DNA of 64,000 nucleotides from Eubacteriales bacterium. GTDB taxonomy: Bacteria; Bacillota; Clostridia; Oscillospirales; CAG-272. Every line of letters starts with the position of its first letter. Position 1 is the first letter of the stretch. The position numbers were made by a program, and so were the translations under genes. Of this stretch, positions 1 through 8,679 are shown piece after piece. The DNA lies in assembly GCA_045655185.1 (NCBI GenBank), contig JAZOOS010000026.1, forward strand, positions 9,505 through 73,504. The letters run 5' to 3'. The notes below the pieces were generated by a model that saw nothing but the letters and a program-made list of their open reading frames with translations, ran no database searches and was not told where the DNA came from.

Positions 1-679
1 GCGCCGCGATCTCCTTGACCGAGCGAATGCCCGTGTAGGCGATAAAGAGCGAAACGAAGAGCCCGGCGCACCCGTCGATCGGGAAATCGGGGATAAAGAG
101 CGAAAGCAGCATCGAAAGGAAAACAACGGCGGTCGAGATACAGTCGGAAAGGCAATCAAGCGCCGTGGCCGAAAGCGCCGCCGACTTGATCTTTTTGCCG
201 ACGTGGCGGTTAAAGCCCGCCATTAAGAATTTTACGCCGATCGAAAGAAGCAGCAAGGCAAGCGTGATGTAGCCGAGCGGGCCGCGTTCAAGCGCCGTCG
301 CTTCACCCGCTATGACCTTCGCGAGCGAATCCTTGAAAAGCTGGAAGGCGACCACCAGGATCAAAGCCGAAACCAAAAGCCCCGTCAGATACTCCATACG
401 TCCGTGCCCGAAGGGATGCTCCTTATCCGGCTTCTTCGAGGAAAGCTTGAAGCCGAGCAGCGTGATCAGCGAGGAAGCCGCGTCCGAAAGGTTATTAAGT
501 CCGTCGGAAAGGATCGAGATCGCCCCGACCAACACGCCAAAGAGGATCTTGCACCCCGAAAGAAGCAGGTTCATCACGATCCCGAAAAGGCCGGCCAGCC
601 GCCCGTAGGCGCCCCGTACCGCTTCGCTTTCCACATGATCTGCGTCCTTGATGAAAAGGCGCGTGAAAAGGTCAAACAT
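1..679 (-). CDS. cation diffusion facilitator (CDF) family metal transporter, 3' end beyond window edge
   Basis: Not in the ORF track because it runs off the window. My minus-strand translation from the ATG (comp. 677-679) reads MFDLFTRLFIKDADHVESEAVRGAYGRLAGLFGIVMNLLL...SDGLNNLSDAASSLITLLGFKLSSKKPDKEHPFGHGRMEYL... The D-x-x-HPFGHGR-x-E loop and multi-TM layout are typical of FieF/CzcD-type CDF proteins. Plus-strand ORFs 312..608 and 404..715 are antisense shadows. Confidence 0.75.
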   Translation of the reverse strand, partial: MFDLFTRLFIKDADHVESEAVRGAYGRLAGLFGIVMNLLLSGCKILFGVLVGAISILSDGLNNLSDAASSLITLLGFKLSSKKPDKEHPFGHGRMEYLTGLLVSALILVVAFQLFKDSLAKVIAGEATALERGPLGYITLALLLLSIGVKFLMAGFNRHVGKKIKSAALSATALDCLSDCISTAVVFLSMLLSLFIPDFPIDGCAGLFVSLFIAYTGIRSVKEIAA

Positions 680-711
680 AAAAGGTCTCCTTGTAAAGTT
701 GTTTTTACGGA

Positions 712-2151
712 TTAAAGCTTGTCGTCCTCAAAATTGGGTTCTATATTGTAAAAATCAAGCAAGGGTAAGAGCAGAAGCGCGGCAAGCCCCGCCGTGAAGC
801 CGCCGTTATAAAGCACGAAGCCGCCGTGCATAGAGGCGGTAACGCAACAGATCGCAGCGCTTGCAAAGCCCGCGGCAATGCCCACCTTGGCACCGTATTT
901 TCCCGCAAAGGGGCAAAGCCCCGTGGCAAAGGCAAGCCCGCCGAGATACACCTGGCTGCCAAGCGTCCAAGGGATCGACCAACCGAGCAGTTCGCACACC
1001 CCAAAGCAAAGCGCAAACAAAAGCGCGTACCCCAGGGCGATCGGCCAAACCGTACGGATCTGCTGCCCGTCAGCCGAGAAGGTCAGCGCCGCGAAGATCA
1101 CCCCAAGGGTGGGGCCGGTAAAGCCCGCCGCCTTGGGCAGGGCGGGGATAAGGGTCGGCAAAAGGGTAACGAGATCAAAGAAGACAAGCAGGCAAAGTCC
1201 GTATACCGCAAGGTTGATAAGGCAGACGGGGAAGCCGAAGCGATCGACGAAATCGGTGCCGTAGCCGGTTGAACGAAGCAGGGCGCCGAAGCCCTCAAAG
1301 CTTTTGTTGTTCGCAAGGTATCCCCAAAGAAGCGTGATGAGAAAGAGCGCGGCAAGGAAGAGATTGCAAAAGAGGATATAGCGGTAAGGCAGCGCCTCGT
1401 AGGCGCCGTTTGGCGGGTTTTGCGCCAGGGGGGCGACAAGCCCCAAGCAACGGTAAAGAAGCGCGTAGCAAAAGACACCGAGCAGCCCGATCGCGAGCCC
1501 CGCCTTATAAAGGCTGTATCCGCGGTGCATCTTTGAGGTACCCGCAATCAGCGCGGGAACCGCAAAGCCGACCCCGATCCCGAAGAGGAGCGAGAGAATC
1601 ACACCCGAAGCCGAGAGCCCAACGCCACCCCCGTGGGTCGGCGGATAGCGGAAGAGGAAATCCCCGATAAAGGGGCTAAGGGCGGTGGAAAAGAGGGCGA
1701 TGGGAAGATGCTCGCCAAAAGAAACGCGGCGGCAAAGACAATAGACGAAGGCGCCCAAAAGGATCGGTAAGCACGAAAGCAGCGAAAGCCCGTAAAAGCC
1801 GTGGGCGATCACAAGGAAATAGGCGGCAAGCGTGGTGGCGTTTGCCCGCGTTTTGCTAAGAAGCATCAAAAGGTTGACCAAAAGCCCCAACAGCGCGGTG
1901 TTAAAGAAGGCGCTGCCAAGCCCCCCAAGACGGAAATAGTCGGTGATAAGCGGCGAGGGGGTGGTTTGCAGGGCAAGAAAATGGCTCCAAAATTCGGTCT
2001 CCCTCGTGATAAGCGCGCCAAAAAGGGCGCTGAGCAAGAGAAAAAGACTGACGAAGAGGGTGTAAAGACGGATATAACGGGAAGCCCCCTCGGTGTGATG
2101 CAGCGAGGCGCGGTACGCCGAAAGCCGTGTTTTTATGGTTCTTTTTGCCAT
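712..2151 (-). CDS. polytopic integral membrane protein (possibly DUF1576-type; unverified)
   Basis: ORF 712..2301 (-). I prefer the internal start MAKRTIKTRL (ATG comp. 2149-2151). About 12 hydrophobic segments and no recognisable soluble domain. Confidence 0.6.
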   Translation of the reverse strand: MAKRTIKTRLSAYRASLHHTEGASRYIRLYTLFVSLFLLLSALFGALITRETEFWSHFLALQTTPSPLITDYFRLGGLGSAFFNTALLGLLVNLLMLLSKTRANATTLAAYFLVIAHGFYGLSLLSCLPILLGAFVYCLCRRVSFGEHLPIALFSTALSPFIGDFLFRYPPTHGGGVGLSASGVILSLLFGIGVGFAVPALIAGTSKMHRGYSLYKAGLAIGLLGVFCYALLYRCLGLVAPLAQNPPNGAYEALPYRYILFCNLFLAALFLITLLWGYLANNKSFEGFGALLRSTGYGTDFVDRFGFPVCLINLAVYGLCLLVFFDLVTLLPTLIPALPKAAGFTGPTLGVIFAALTFSADGQQIRTVWPIALGYALLFALCFGVCELLGWSIPWTLGSQVYLGGLAFATGLCPFAGKYGAKVGIAAGFASAAICCVTASMHGGFVLYNGGFTAGLAALLLLPLLDFYNIEPNFEDDKL

Positions 2152-2334
2152 GCGGACATCCTTTGCTTGTAAAATAGGGCGCCCTTTTCGGTCTTTTTCG
2201 GCGCTCTCTACTACTATATCATTTTTTGAAGAAATAATCAAGAGTCTTTGAAGGAGAAGGAGACCTCCCTCCTTGTGCCAAGATACCGGCATCAAAAGCA
2301 TGCGTACGGATCGACAAAAAATCGGTGTCTCTTC

Positions 2335-2363
2335 TTGACAAGCGGCATATCAAGTGATATAAT
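2335..2363 (+). promoter_or_regulatory. sigma-A type promoter of the SCIFF operon
   Basis: TTGACA (2335-2340), 17-nt spacer, TATAAT (2358-2363), about 34 nt upstream of the scfA ATG. Confidence 0.6.
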
Positions 2364-2396
2364 AAAGAAAAATCAGCTATACGGAGGAATATCAGT

Positions 2397-2543
2397 ATGG
2401 AACATATTAAGACGATCCAGACCCGCGACCTTTGCAAGAGCGCGAAGAACGGTGGCTGCGGCGAATGTCAGACCTCTTGCCAATCCGCCTGCAAGACCAG
2501 CTGCGGCATTGCCAATCAGAACTGCGAAAACACCAATAAGTAA
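2397..2543 (+). CDS. scfA: SCIFF (six-cysteines-in-forty-five) ribosomal peptide precursor
   Basis: 48-aa ORF, below the ORF-track size cut-off: MEHIKTIQTRDLCKSAKNGGCGECQTSCQSACKTSCGIANQNCENTNK. It carries the hallmark GGCGECQTSCQSACKTSC core, has a GGAGG RBS at 2383-2387, and lies directly upstream of a radical SAM/SPASM maturase. Confidence 0.9.
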   Translation: MEHIKTIQTRDLCKSAKNGGCGECQTSCQSACKTSCGIANQNCENTNK

Positions 2544-2544
2544 G

Positions 2545-2576
2545 AAAAAACGCCGCCGACGGGCGGCGTTTTTCTT
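2545..2576 (+). terminator. intrinsic terminator/attenuator between scfA and scfB
   Basis: AAAAAA-CGCCGCC-GACG-GGCGGCG-TTTTT, immediately after the scfA stop codon. Confidence 0.7.
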
Positions 2577-2611
2577 CGTCTACACCCCACAAAGCGAAAA
2601 GAGAGAAAGCT

Positions 2612-3994
2612 ATGGTACACTGTTATAAGCAGGGCGGCTACAACATCGTCCTTGACACCTATTCGGGCGCCATCCACGTCGTGGATGCGGTCGCCTTCGA
2701 TATGATAAACGAATTTGAAAGCTGCGAGAAGGGGGCGCTGATCGCCTCGCTTCTTGAAAAATATAAGGATGATCCCACCGTTACCGAGGAAGAGCTTCTT
2801 TCTTGCTACGGCGAGATCCTTTCTTTGAAGGAAAGCAAAAAGCTTTTCGCCCCCGACACCTTCGAAAAGCGGGCGGGGGATTTGAAGGAAAAGACCGCGG
2901 GGGTCGTTAAGGCGCTTTGCCTGCACGTGGCGCATACCTGCAACCTTACCTGCGCTTATTGCTTCGCGGGGCAGGGAAAATATGCGGGAAAGAGCGCGGT
3001 GATGTCTTTTGAGACCGGTAAGCGCGCCCTTGATTTCCTGATCGAAAACTCGGGTACGCGCCATAACCTTGAAGTCGATTTCTTCGGCGGCGAGCCGCTT
3101 CTTAATTTCGACGTCGTCAAGCAGCTGGTGGCCTACGCCCGCTCGGTCGAAAAAAAGCATAATAAGAACTTCCGCTTCACCCTTACCACCAACGGGATGC
3201 TGATTGACGGGGACGTTATTGATTTTGCCAACAGGGAAATGAGCAACGTGGTTCTGAGCCTTGACGGGCGAAAAGCGGTGCATGACCGCTATCGCGTTGA
3301 CGCACACGGCCGTGGCAGCTACGATCGCATCGTCCCGCTTTTTCAGGAGATGGTTAAAGCGCGCGAGGGCAAAAACTACTATATGCGCGGCACCTTTACC
3401 CACGAGAACCCCGATTTTTTGGAAGATATCAAGGAAATGCTTTCGCTCGGCTTCCGCGAGATCAGTATGGAGCCTGTGGTCGCCGCCCCCACCGATCCCG
3501 CCGCCCTTAGCGAAGAGGATCTTGCGGTGGTAATGAAGCAGTACGAAGAGCTGGCCGAGCTGATGCTGCAAAAGAAGAAGGAGGGCGATCCCTTTACCTT
3601 CTATCATTATATGATCGATCTTACGGGCGGCCCCTGCATCTATAAGCGGATCTCGGGCTGCGGCTCGGGCACCGAATATATGGCGGTCACCCCCACCGGA
3701 GACCTTTACCCCTGCCACCAGTTCGTCGGCGACGAGAAATTCAAGCTCGGCAACGTCTGGGACGGGGTTGATAATTTCGATATACAAAACGAGTTTCGTG
3801 CCTGCAACGTCTACGCGCGCCCCGAGTGCGCCGATTGCTGGGCCAAGCTTTATTGCTCGGGCGGGTGCGCCGCCAACGCCTATCACGCCACGGGCAGCAT
3901 CCGCGGCATCTACGAAAGCGGCTGCCGCCTTTTCCGTAAGCGTATGGAATGCGCGATCTACCTTGAGATCGCCAAGCGGGAGCTTGGGTTATGA
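2612..3994 (+). CDS. scfB: SCIFF radical SAM (SPASM) thioether-forming maturase
   Basis: 460 aa. CNLTCAYC (CxxxCxxC) radical SAM motif. Cys-rich SPASM-type C-terminus (CGSGTEYMAVTPTGDLYPCHQF...CADCWAKLYCSGGCAANA). Adjacent to the SCIFF precursor. Confidence 0.9.
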   Translation: MVHCYKQGGYNIVLDTYSGAIHVVDAVAFDMINEFESCEKGALIASLLEKYKDDPTVTEEELLSCYGEILSLKESKKLFAPDTFEKRAGDLKEKTAGVVKALCLHVAHTCNLTCAYCFAGQGKYAGKSAVMSFETGKRALDFLIENSGTRHNLEVDFFGGEPLLNFDVVKQLVAYARSVEKKHNKNFRFTLTTNGMLIDGDVIDFANREMSNVVLSLDGRKAVHDRYRVDAHGRGSYDRIVPLFQEMVKAREGKNYYMRGTFTHENPDFLEDIKEMLSLGFREISMEPVVAAPTDPAALSEEDLAVVMKQYEELAELMLQKKKEGDPFTFYHYMIDLTGGPCIYKRISGCGSGTEYMAVTPTGDLYPCHQFVGDEKFKLGNVWDGVDNFDIQNEFRACNVYARPECADCWAKLYCSGGCAANAYHATGSIRGIYESGCRLFRKRMECAIYLEIAKRELGL

Positions 3995-5325
3995 AAAACG
4001 CCCCCATTTATTCCTTCGTCAAGCGCTACGCCCAAAGGGGCGCGGTGCGCGCGCATATGCCGGGGCATAAGGGAAAACGTTTTTTGGGGCCCGAGCCCTT
4101 GGATATCACCGAGATTGCGGGCGCCGATGCGCTCTATCACGCAAACGGCATCATTCTGCAAAGCGAAAAATACGCCTCGGTGCTGTTCGGCTCGCAAAAG
4201 ACGCTCTATTCGACCGAGGGCTCTTCTCACTGTATTCGCGCGATGCTCTATCTTGCCAAGCTCTACGCCGCGAGCACGGGAAAAGAGGGGCGTATCCTTT
4301 GCGCCCGCAACGCCCATAAGTCGCTTCTTTCGGCGGCGGCGCTTACCGATACCGAGCTTTCCTGGCTTTACGGCGAGGGGTCGCTTCTTTCCTATACGCC
4401 CGACTTTGCGGAGATAGAGGCGCGCTTGCAAAGCGAAAGACCCGTCGCCCTTTTCGTCACCTCGCCCGATTATCTTGGGAACACCCTTGATCTTTTTGCG
4501 CTCTCTTCTCTTTGTCACCGATACGGCGCCCTGCTTCTCGTTGACAACGCCCACGGGGCATATCTGCGCTTTCTTTCGCCCTCGCTTCATCCCTTGGATG
4601 CCTCGTGTGATCTTTGCTGCGATTCGGCGCATAAGACCCTGCCTGCCTTAACGGGGGCCGCGTATCTGCATATCGGGCAGAATGCCCCTCTCTTCCTTTC
4701 GCAGGCGGCCGAGGGGGCGATGGCGCTTTTCGCCTCGACCAGCCCCTCGTATCTGACGCTTTCTTCGCTGGATACGCTGAACGAGCTTCTCTTCCGCCGC
4801 TTCCCGCGCGCCTTGGAAAACTTTCTTCCCAAGGTAAAGGAGTTAAAGGAAAGCCTTACGGCAAACGGCTATCGCTTGGTGGGGGATGAGCCCTTGAAGC
4901 TGACGCTTGCCACGAAGTCCTATGGGTATTTGGGAGAAACGCTTGCGGCCCTTTTGGAGCGAAAAAGGATCTTTGTCGAGCATGCGGACGCCGATCACGT
5001 CGTCTTGATGCTTTCCCCGCTTTTCGGGGGGCGTGAGCTTGTGAAGATCGGGCGAGCGCTTCTGTCGATCCCGCACCTTTTGCCGATCGAGGCGCCGCCG
5101 CCCCCCGCCGTACGGGGGGAAGCCGTCCTTTCCCCAAGGGAAGCGCTTTTTCGCCCAACGGTCACCGCGCCGCTTGAATGGGCCAAGGGGAAGATCCTCG
5201 GCGGCTTGCCGACGGCTTGTCCGCCGGCGGTTCCGATCTTAATGCCGGGCGAAAAAATAACCGAAGAAGCCATCGAAGCCTTCCGCTATTACGGCTACCG
5301 TGAGGTAGCGGTTCTTTGCGAATAA
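3991..5325 (+). CDS. PLP-dependent enzyme, Orn/Lys/Arg decarboxylase major-domain family
   Basis: 444 aa. HMPGHKG near the N-terminus and DSAHKTLPALTGAAYLH (PLP-lysine context). The start overlaps the scfB stop (ATGA). Confidence 0.75.
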   Translation: MKNAPIYSFVKRYAQRGAVRAHMPGHKGKRFLGPEPLDITEIAGADALYHANGIILQSEKYASVLFGSQKTLYSTEGSSHCIRAMLYLAKLYAASTGKEGRILCARNAHKSLLSAAALTDTELSWLYGEGSLLSYTPDFAEIEARLQSERPVALFVTSPDYLGNTLDLFALSSLCHRYGALLLVDNAHGAYLRFLSPSLHPLDASCDLCCDSAHKTLPALTGAAYLHIGQNAPLFLSQAAEGAMALFASTSPSYLTLSSLDTLNELLFRRFPRALENFLPKVKELKESLTANGYRLVGDEPLKLTLATKSYGYLGETLAALLERKRIFVEHADADHVVLMLSPLFGGRELVKIGRALLSIPHLLPIEAPPPPAVRGEAVLSPREALFRPTVTAPLEWAKGKILGGLPTACPPAVPILMPGEKITEEAIEAFRYYGYREVAVLCE

Positions 5326-5340
5326 AAGTAAAAACAAATA

Positions 5341-5386
5341 AAAAGCCAAAGCACACCGAGTTTGTTCGGGCGCTTTGGCTTTTTTC
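5341..5386 (+). terminator. intrinsic terminator
   Basis: AAAAAGCCAAAGC...GCTTTGGCTTTTTT long hairpin followed by a T-run after the decarboxylase-family gene. Confidence 0.6.
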
Positions 5387-5416
5387 GTATGATTTTCGGC
5401 TTTTTGCTTACAATAG

Positions 5417-5612
5417 TAGGGGCGACCATCGGTCGTCCATTGCAAGCGACCATCGGTCGTCTGTTCTCATGCACGGCGATGCCGTGATGATATACACCTT
5501 CGGTGATGATATACAATGTCCTTTGGACGTTGATGATATACACCTTCGGTGATGATATACCAAGGCCAAGGCCTTGGATAAAACCTTTGGTTTTGGTCGT
5601 CCGTTGCAAAGG
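5417..5612. repeat. hairpin-plus-word ('comb') array, word ATGATATA, plus two GGCGACC-ATC-GGTCGTC hairpins
   Basis: Units: CACGGC-GA-GCCGTG+ATGATATA, CACC-TTCG-GGTG+ATGATATA, CAATGTCC-TT-GGACGTTG+ATGATATA, CACC-TTCG-GGTG+ATGATATA, CCAAGGCC-AA-GGCCTTGG+ATAAAA. These are preceded by TAGGGGCGACCATCGGTCGTCC and GCGACCATCGGTCGTC. Confidence 0.85.
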
Positions 5613-5613
5613 A

Positions 5614-6858
5614 TCACCGAATTTTCGGGGCGGCGATACGGCGCTTTCGGTATTCAAGCGGCGTTTCCCCCTTGCTTTTTTTGAAAAGCTTGGAAAAATA
5701 TTGCAGATCGGGGATCCCCACGGCTGCCGCGATCTCACCGACACGTTCGTCGGTCCCCGTAAGAAGCGAGGCCGCCAGCTCCATCTTCTTTTCGTTTACG
5801 TATTCGGTAAGGCATCTTCCCGTCTCCTTTTTGAAAAGATCGGAAAAATAGCTTGCGGAAAGCCCAAGGCGAGAAGCGATCGCCGAAAGCGAAAGCGCGG
5901 CGCATGGGTCGGCGTTGATATAGGCGATCGCCTTTTGCACGGGGGGCGAATAGGACTTCAAGGAATGCTTTTGCACCAAGCGGCAATAGGTATAGGCGAT
6001 CTCCCCCAAAAGGGCGGAAAGCTCTGCCGTTGAGGAAGCGCCCTCGATCTTTAAGGCGAAATGGCGGGAAACGCTGTCAAGATGGATGGGGTGGACCCCG
6101 CCCCCCTCGGCCGCCTTGCGCGAAAGCGTGTTAAAGATCACCCCGTAATTCTGCAGATTCCGAAGTGGACTTTCGCTTCTTTTTTCCACGACCCCCATCG
6201 AAGCGGCCGAAAGCCCCTGCAAAAGAGAAAGGCGATGCGCCTGCCCGTGAGAAATGATATCCATCATTTCGTTTTCGTAGGCGTAGCGCAGCTCCAGCTC
6301 CTTTTCCGCGGGCAGAGTCGCCCCCCTTCCCCCCGTGCGCCGTGAGAGCACCTTTTGCAGGTCGATCTCGTATTTTTCCTTTACGGTGTGGAAAACGTAG
6401 CCGTCCTTCCCCCATAAAAGATCACCGAAGCTTTCCAGTAGCACAAAAAGCGCGTGGTCGCTTCTCACGGGGGGAAGCCTTTCGTAATAGTCGCTTGCCG
6501 CCTTGGGGATCTCCTCGTTTTGAAAAAGCGAGTGAAGGCGTTCAAGAAAGGCCTCGCGCCCTACCCCCTCGCGCCGATACGGGCCGATAAAAAGAAAGCG
6601 TTCCCCCTCGTTCAGCAGGCGCAAAAAGCTGTAGCTGCACAAAAAACGGTCGGTAAACGTGTAGATCCCTACATCGGTCGCCGCCCTGCAATGTGGCAAA
6701 AGAACCGCCCGCCTTTCTTCCTTGACCCCGAGAATGTCGCGAAGCCCCCCGTCAAAGGGCTCGCCCTCTCCTTCTTCCTTTTCGGTGAAGAAGAAAAAAC
6801 GAAGCGAAAGCTTCCCCAGCGTGCGGCAAAGAAACGAAAGCTCCTTTTGGTAGTCCAT
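5614..6858 (-). CDS. AraC family transcriptional regulator
   Basis: 414 aa. C-terminal double HTH (LSLSAIASRLGLSASYFSDLFKKETGRCLTEYVNEKKMELAASLL...VGEIAAAVGIPDLQYFSKLFKKSKGETPLEYRK). Divergent from the sugar transporter/GH2 genes. Confidence 0.85.
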   Translation of the reverse strand: MDYQKELSFLCRTLGKLSLRFFFFTEKEEGEGEPFDGGLRDILGVKEERRAVLLPHCRAATDVGIYTFTDRFLCSYSFLRLLNEGERFLFIGPYRREGVGREAFLERLHSLFQNEEIPKAASDYYERLPPVRSDHALFVLLESFGDLLWGKDGYVFHTVKEKYEIDLQKVLSRRTGGRGATLPAEKELELRYAYENEMMDIISHGQAHRLSLLQGLSAASMGVVEKRSESPLRNLQNYGVIFNTLSRKAAEGGGVHPIHLDSVSRHFALKIEGASSTAELSALLGEIAYTYCRLVQKHSLKSYSPPVQKAIAYINADPCAALSLSAIASRLGLSASYFSDLFKKETGRCLTEYVNEKKMELAASLLTGTDERVGEIAAAVGIPDLQYFSKLFKKSKGETPLEYRKRRIAAPKIR

Positions 6859-7048
6859 TTCGCTCTCCTTGTTGTTTTTTCTATATTTATACCGAAAGTG
6901 TACCTCTTTTTTGTGAAAATTTCAACTATTTTTTTACAATAATATAAAAAATTTACAAATTACAGGAAAATGCTACAAACACCATTGGCTTCTCTTTTGT
7001 TATAATAAAGGGGCAGTACAATATAAATTAAGAAAGGAATCTTTCGAA

Positions 7049-8611
7049 ATGGAAAATCAAAAGGCAAAAAGACCCTTTGGTATGCGCGATAAGCTTGCGT
7101 ATGCCGCCGGTGACCTTGGCTGCAATATGAGCTTTGCACTGAAAAGCACCGTACAGACCTTCTGGCTGGTCTATATGATGCTGGAGACCGGGCTTCTTTC
7201 GGCCCTGCTTCTTGTTGTGCAGATCTGGGACGCGGTGAACGACCCGCTGATCGGCTCCCTGATCGACAACGACAGAAGATCGTACAAAAACGGCAAATTC
7301 AAGACCTATATCTTTATCGGGGCCTGCGGGCTTTTGGTGGGCGGCGCCGCCGTCTTTCTTCCCTTCCCGAACGCGCCCGTCGTTTTAAAGGCGATCCTCT
7401 TTATCGTCGGCTATATCGTGTGGGATGCCTTCTATACGATCGCGAACGTTCCCTATGGCTCGATGCTTTCGCTCGTTTCCGAAGATCCAGGCGAGCGTGC
7501 CCAGCTTTCGACCTGGCGCTCGATCGGCTCGATGGTCGGGAATATCCTTCCCAATGTCATTCTGCCGATGCTCATCTGGCGCAAGGTGACCTGGGAGGGG
7601 AACACGAACTTCCTCGATCAGATCGTTCTGCCCGAGGGGGTCGGCGCCGATCAGTTCTTGATCAACCCCGAGACCAAGCTCCCCTATGAGATGGGGCAAG
7701 AGGTTTTAAGCCCGCTTACGGGTAAGCCGCTGGAGGTCTTGCTTGGCGAGCGCGTGTTCTTCGCGGCGCTTATTATGGGCGTTATCGGCTTCCTTGCTTT
7801 CCTCTTTATGCTGAAAAACATCACGGTTCGCGTGGACGAAAACTCGGTCAAGACCCAAGAAAAGACCGAGAAGTTCAACGTTCTCTCGGCCTTCGGTAAG
7901 TTTATGAAGAACCGCCCTGCCGTCGGCGCGACGCTCGCCGCCATGGGTATGTTCCTCGGCATGAACGCGGCGACCACCGCCTCGACCATCATGTTCGCGA
8001 CCTACTTCAATATGGCCTCTCTTTCGGGTATCGTGCAGGTTGTCGGCTTCTTACCGATGTTCCTCTTTATGCCCTTTATCACCAAGATCGTTGAAAAGTA
8101 CGGCAAAAAGGAAGCCTCGGTCATCGGTACGCTGGTCTCGATCGGCGGCGGTGTCATTATGATGATCTTCCCGCTGATCAACAACACGATGATCGCGCTT
8201 GCCGTCTTTATCCTTGGTCTCGTTGCCTTCGGCATCGGCCTTGGCGTTTACACCTGTGTATCCTGGGCGATGATGGGTGACGCGATCGACTATAACGAAT
8301 GGAAATTCGGCTCGCGCGAGGAAGGCACGGTCTATTCGCTTCACTCCTTCTTCCGTAAGCTGGCGCAGGGCGTTGGCCCCTCGGCCGTCCTTCTCATTAT
8401 GGGCTGGCTCGGCTACGAAGCCAAATACGGCACCATCGGCCAAAGCATCACCACCGCGCACAACATGTGCTGGCTGGTTGCCGCCCTTTATCTCTTCAGC
8501 GCTGTGCTTCAGTTCATCGGTATTGCTGTGATCTATAACCTCGATAAGAAAACGCTTGGCGAAATGAACGCCGAGCTTGAGGCAAGAAAAACCGCCGCCA
8601 CCGAAGAATAA
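7049..8611 (+). CDS. glycoside-pentoside-hexuronide (GPH):cation symporter family MFS transporter
   Basis: 520 aa, 12-TM type. N-terminal KLAYAAGDLGCN and DAVNDPLIGSLID motifs typical of MelB/GPH transporters. Confidence 0.8.
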   Translation: MENQKAKRPFGMRDKLAYAAGDLGCNMSFALKSTVQTFWLVYMMLETGLLSALLLVVQIWDAVNDPLIGSLIDNDRRSYKNGKFKTYIFIGACGLLVGGAAVFLPFPNAPVVLKAILFIVGYIVWDAFYTIANVPYGSMLSLVSEDPGERAQLSTWRSIGSMVGNILPNVILPMLIWRKVTWEGNTNFLDQIVLPEGVGADQFLINPETKLPYEMGQEVLSPLTGKPLEVLLGERVFFAALIMGVIGFLAFLFMLKNITVRVDENSVKTQEKTEKFNVLSAFGKFMKNRPAVGATLAAMGMFLGMNAATTASTIMFATYFNMASLSGIVQVVGFLPMFLFMPFITKIVEKYGKKEASVIGTLVSIGGGVIMMIFPLINNTMIALAVFILGLVAFGIGLGVYTCVSWAMMGDAIDYNEWKFGSREEGTVYSLHSFFRKLAQGVGPSAVLLIMGWLGYEAKYGTIGQSITTAHNMCWLVAALYLFSAVLQFIGIAVIYNLDKKTLGEMNAELEARKTAATEE

Positions 8612-8679
8612 TTCACCGTAAGACGCCCGACCCCCGTCGGGCGCCTTTTGGAAAACCATACGACCTAAAGGAGAAAATT

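Noticed and set aside
312-715. Plus-strand ORFs 312..608 and 404..715 at the window start.
   Set aside because: The minus strand encodes a convincing CDF transporter across the same bases.
2516-3886. Long antisense ORFs opposite well-supported genes: 2516..3886(-), 9469..11106(-), 12218..13318(-), 19566..21218(-), 27280..28815(-), 35133..36263(-), 40165..41133(+), 54983..55882(+), 57620..59095(-).
   Set aside because: They lie fully inside genes with clear family motifs on the other strand. Their translations are Arg/Gly/Ala-rich low-complexity, as expected for shadow frames in high-GC DNA, and they lack RBS or promoter signals.
5472-5583. CRISPR array interpretation of the hairpin-plus-word tracts here and at 14303, 15861, 16395, 33317, 49474 and 59340.
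   Set aside because: The constant unit is only 7-9 nt. The variable units are themselves palindromes of irregular length (11-30 nt). The word orientation flips mid-array. No cas genes or leader are visible in the window.
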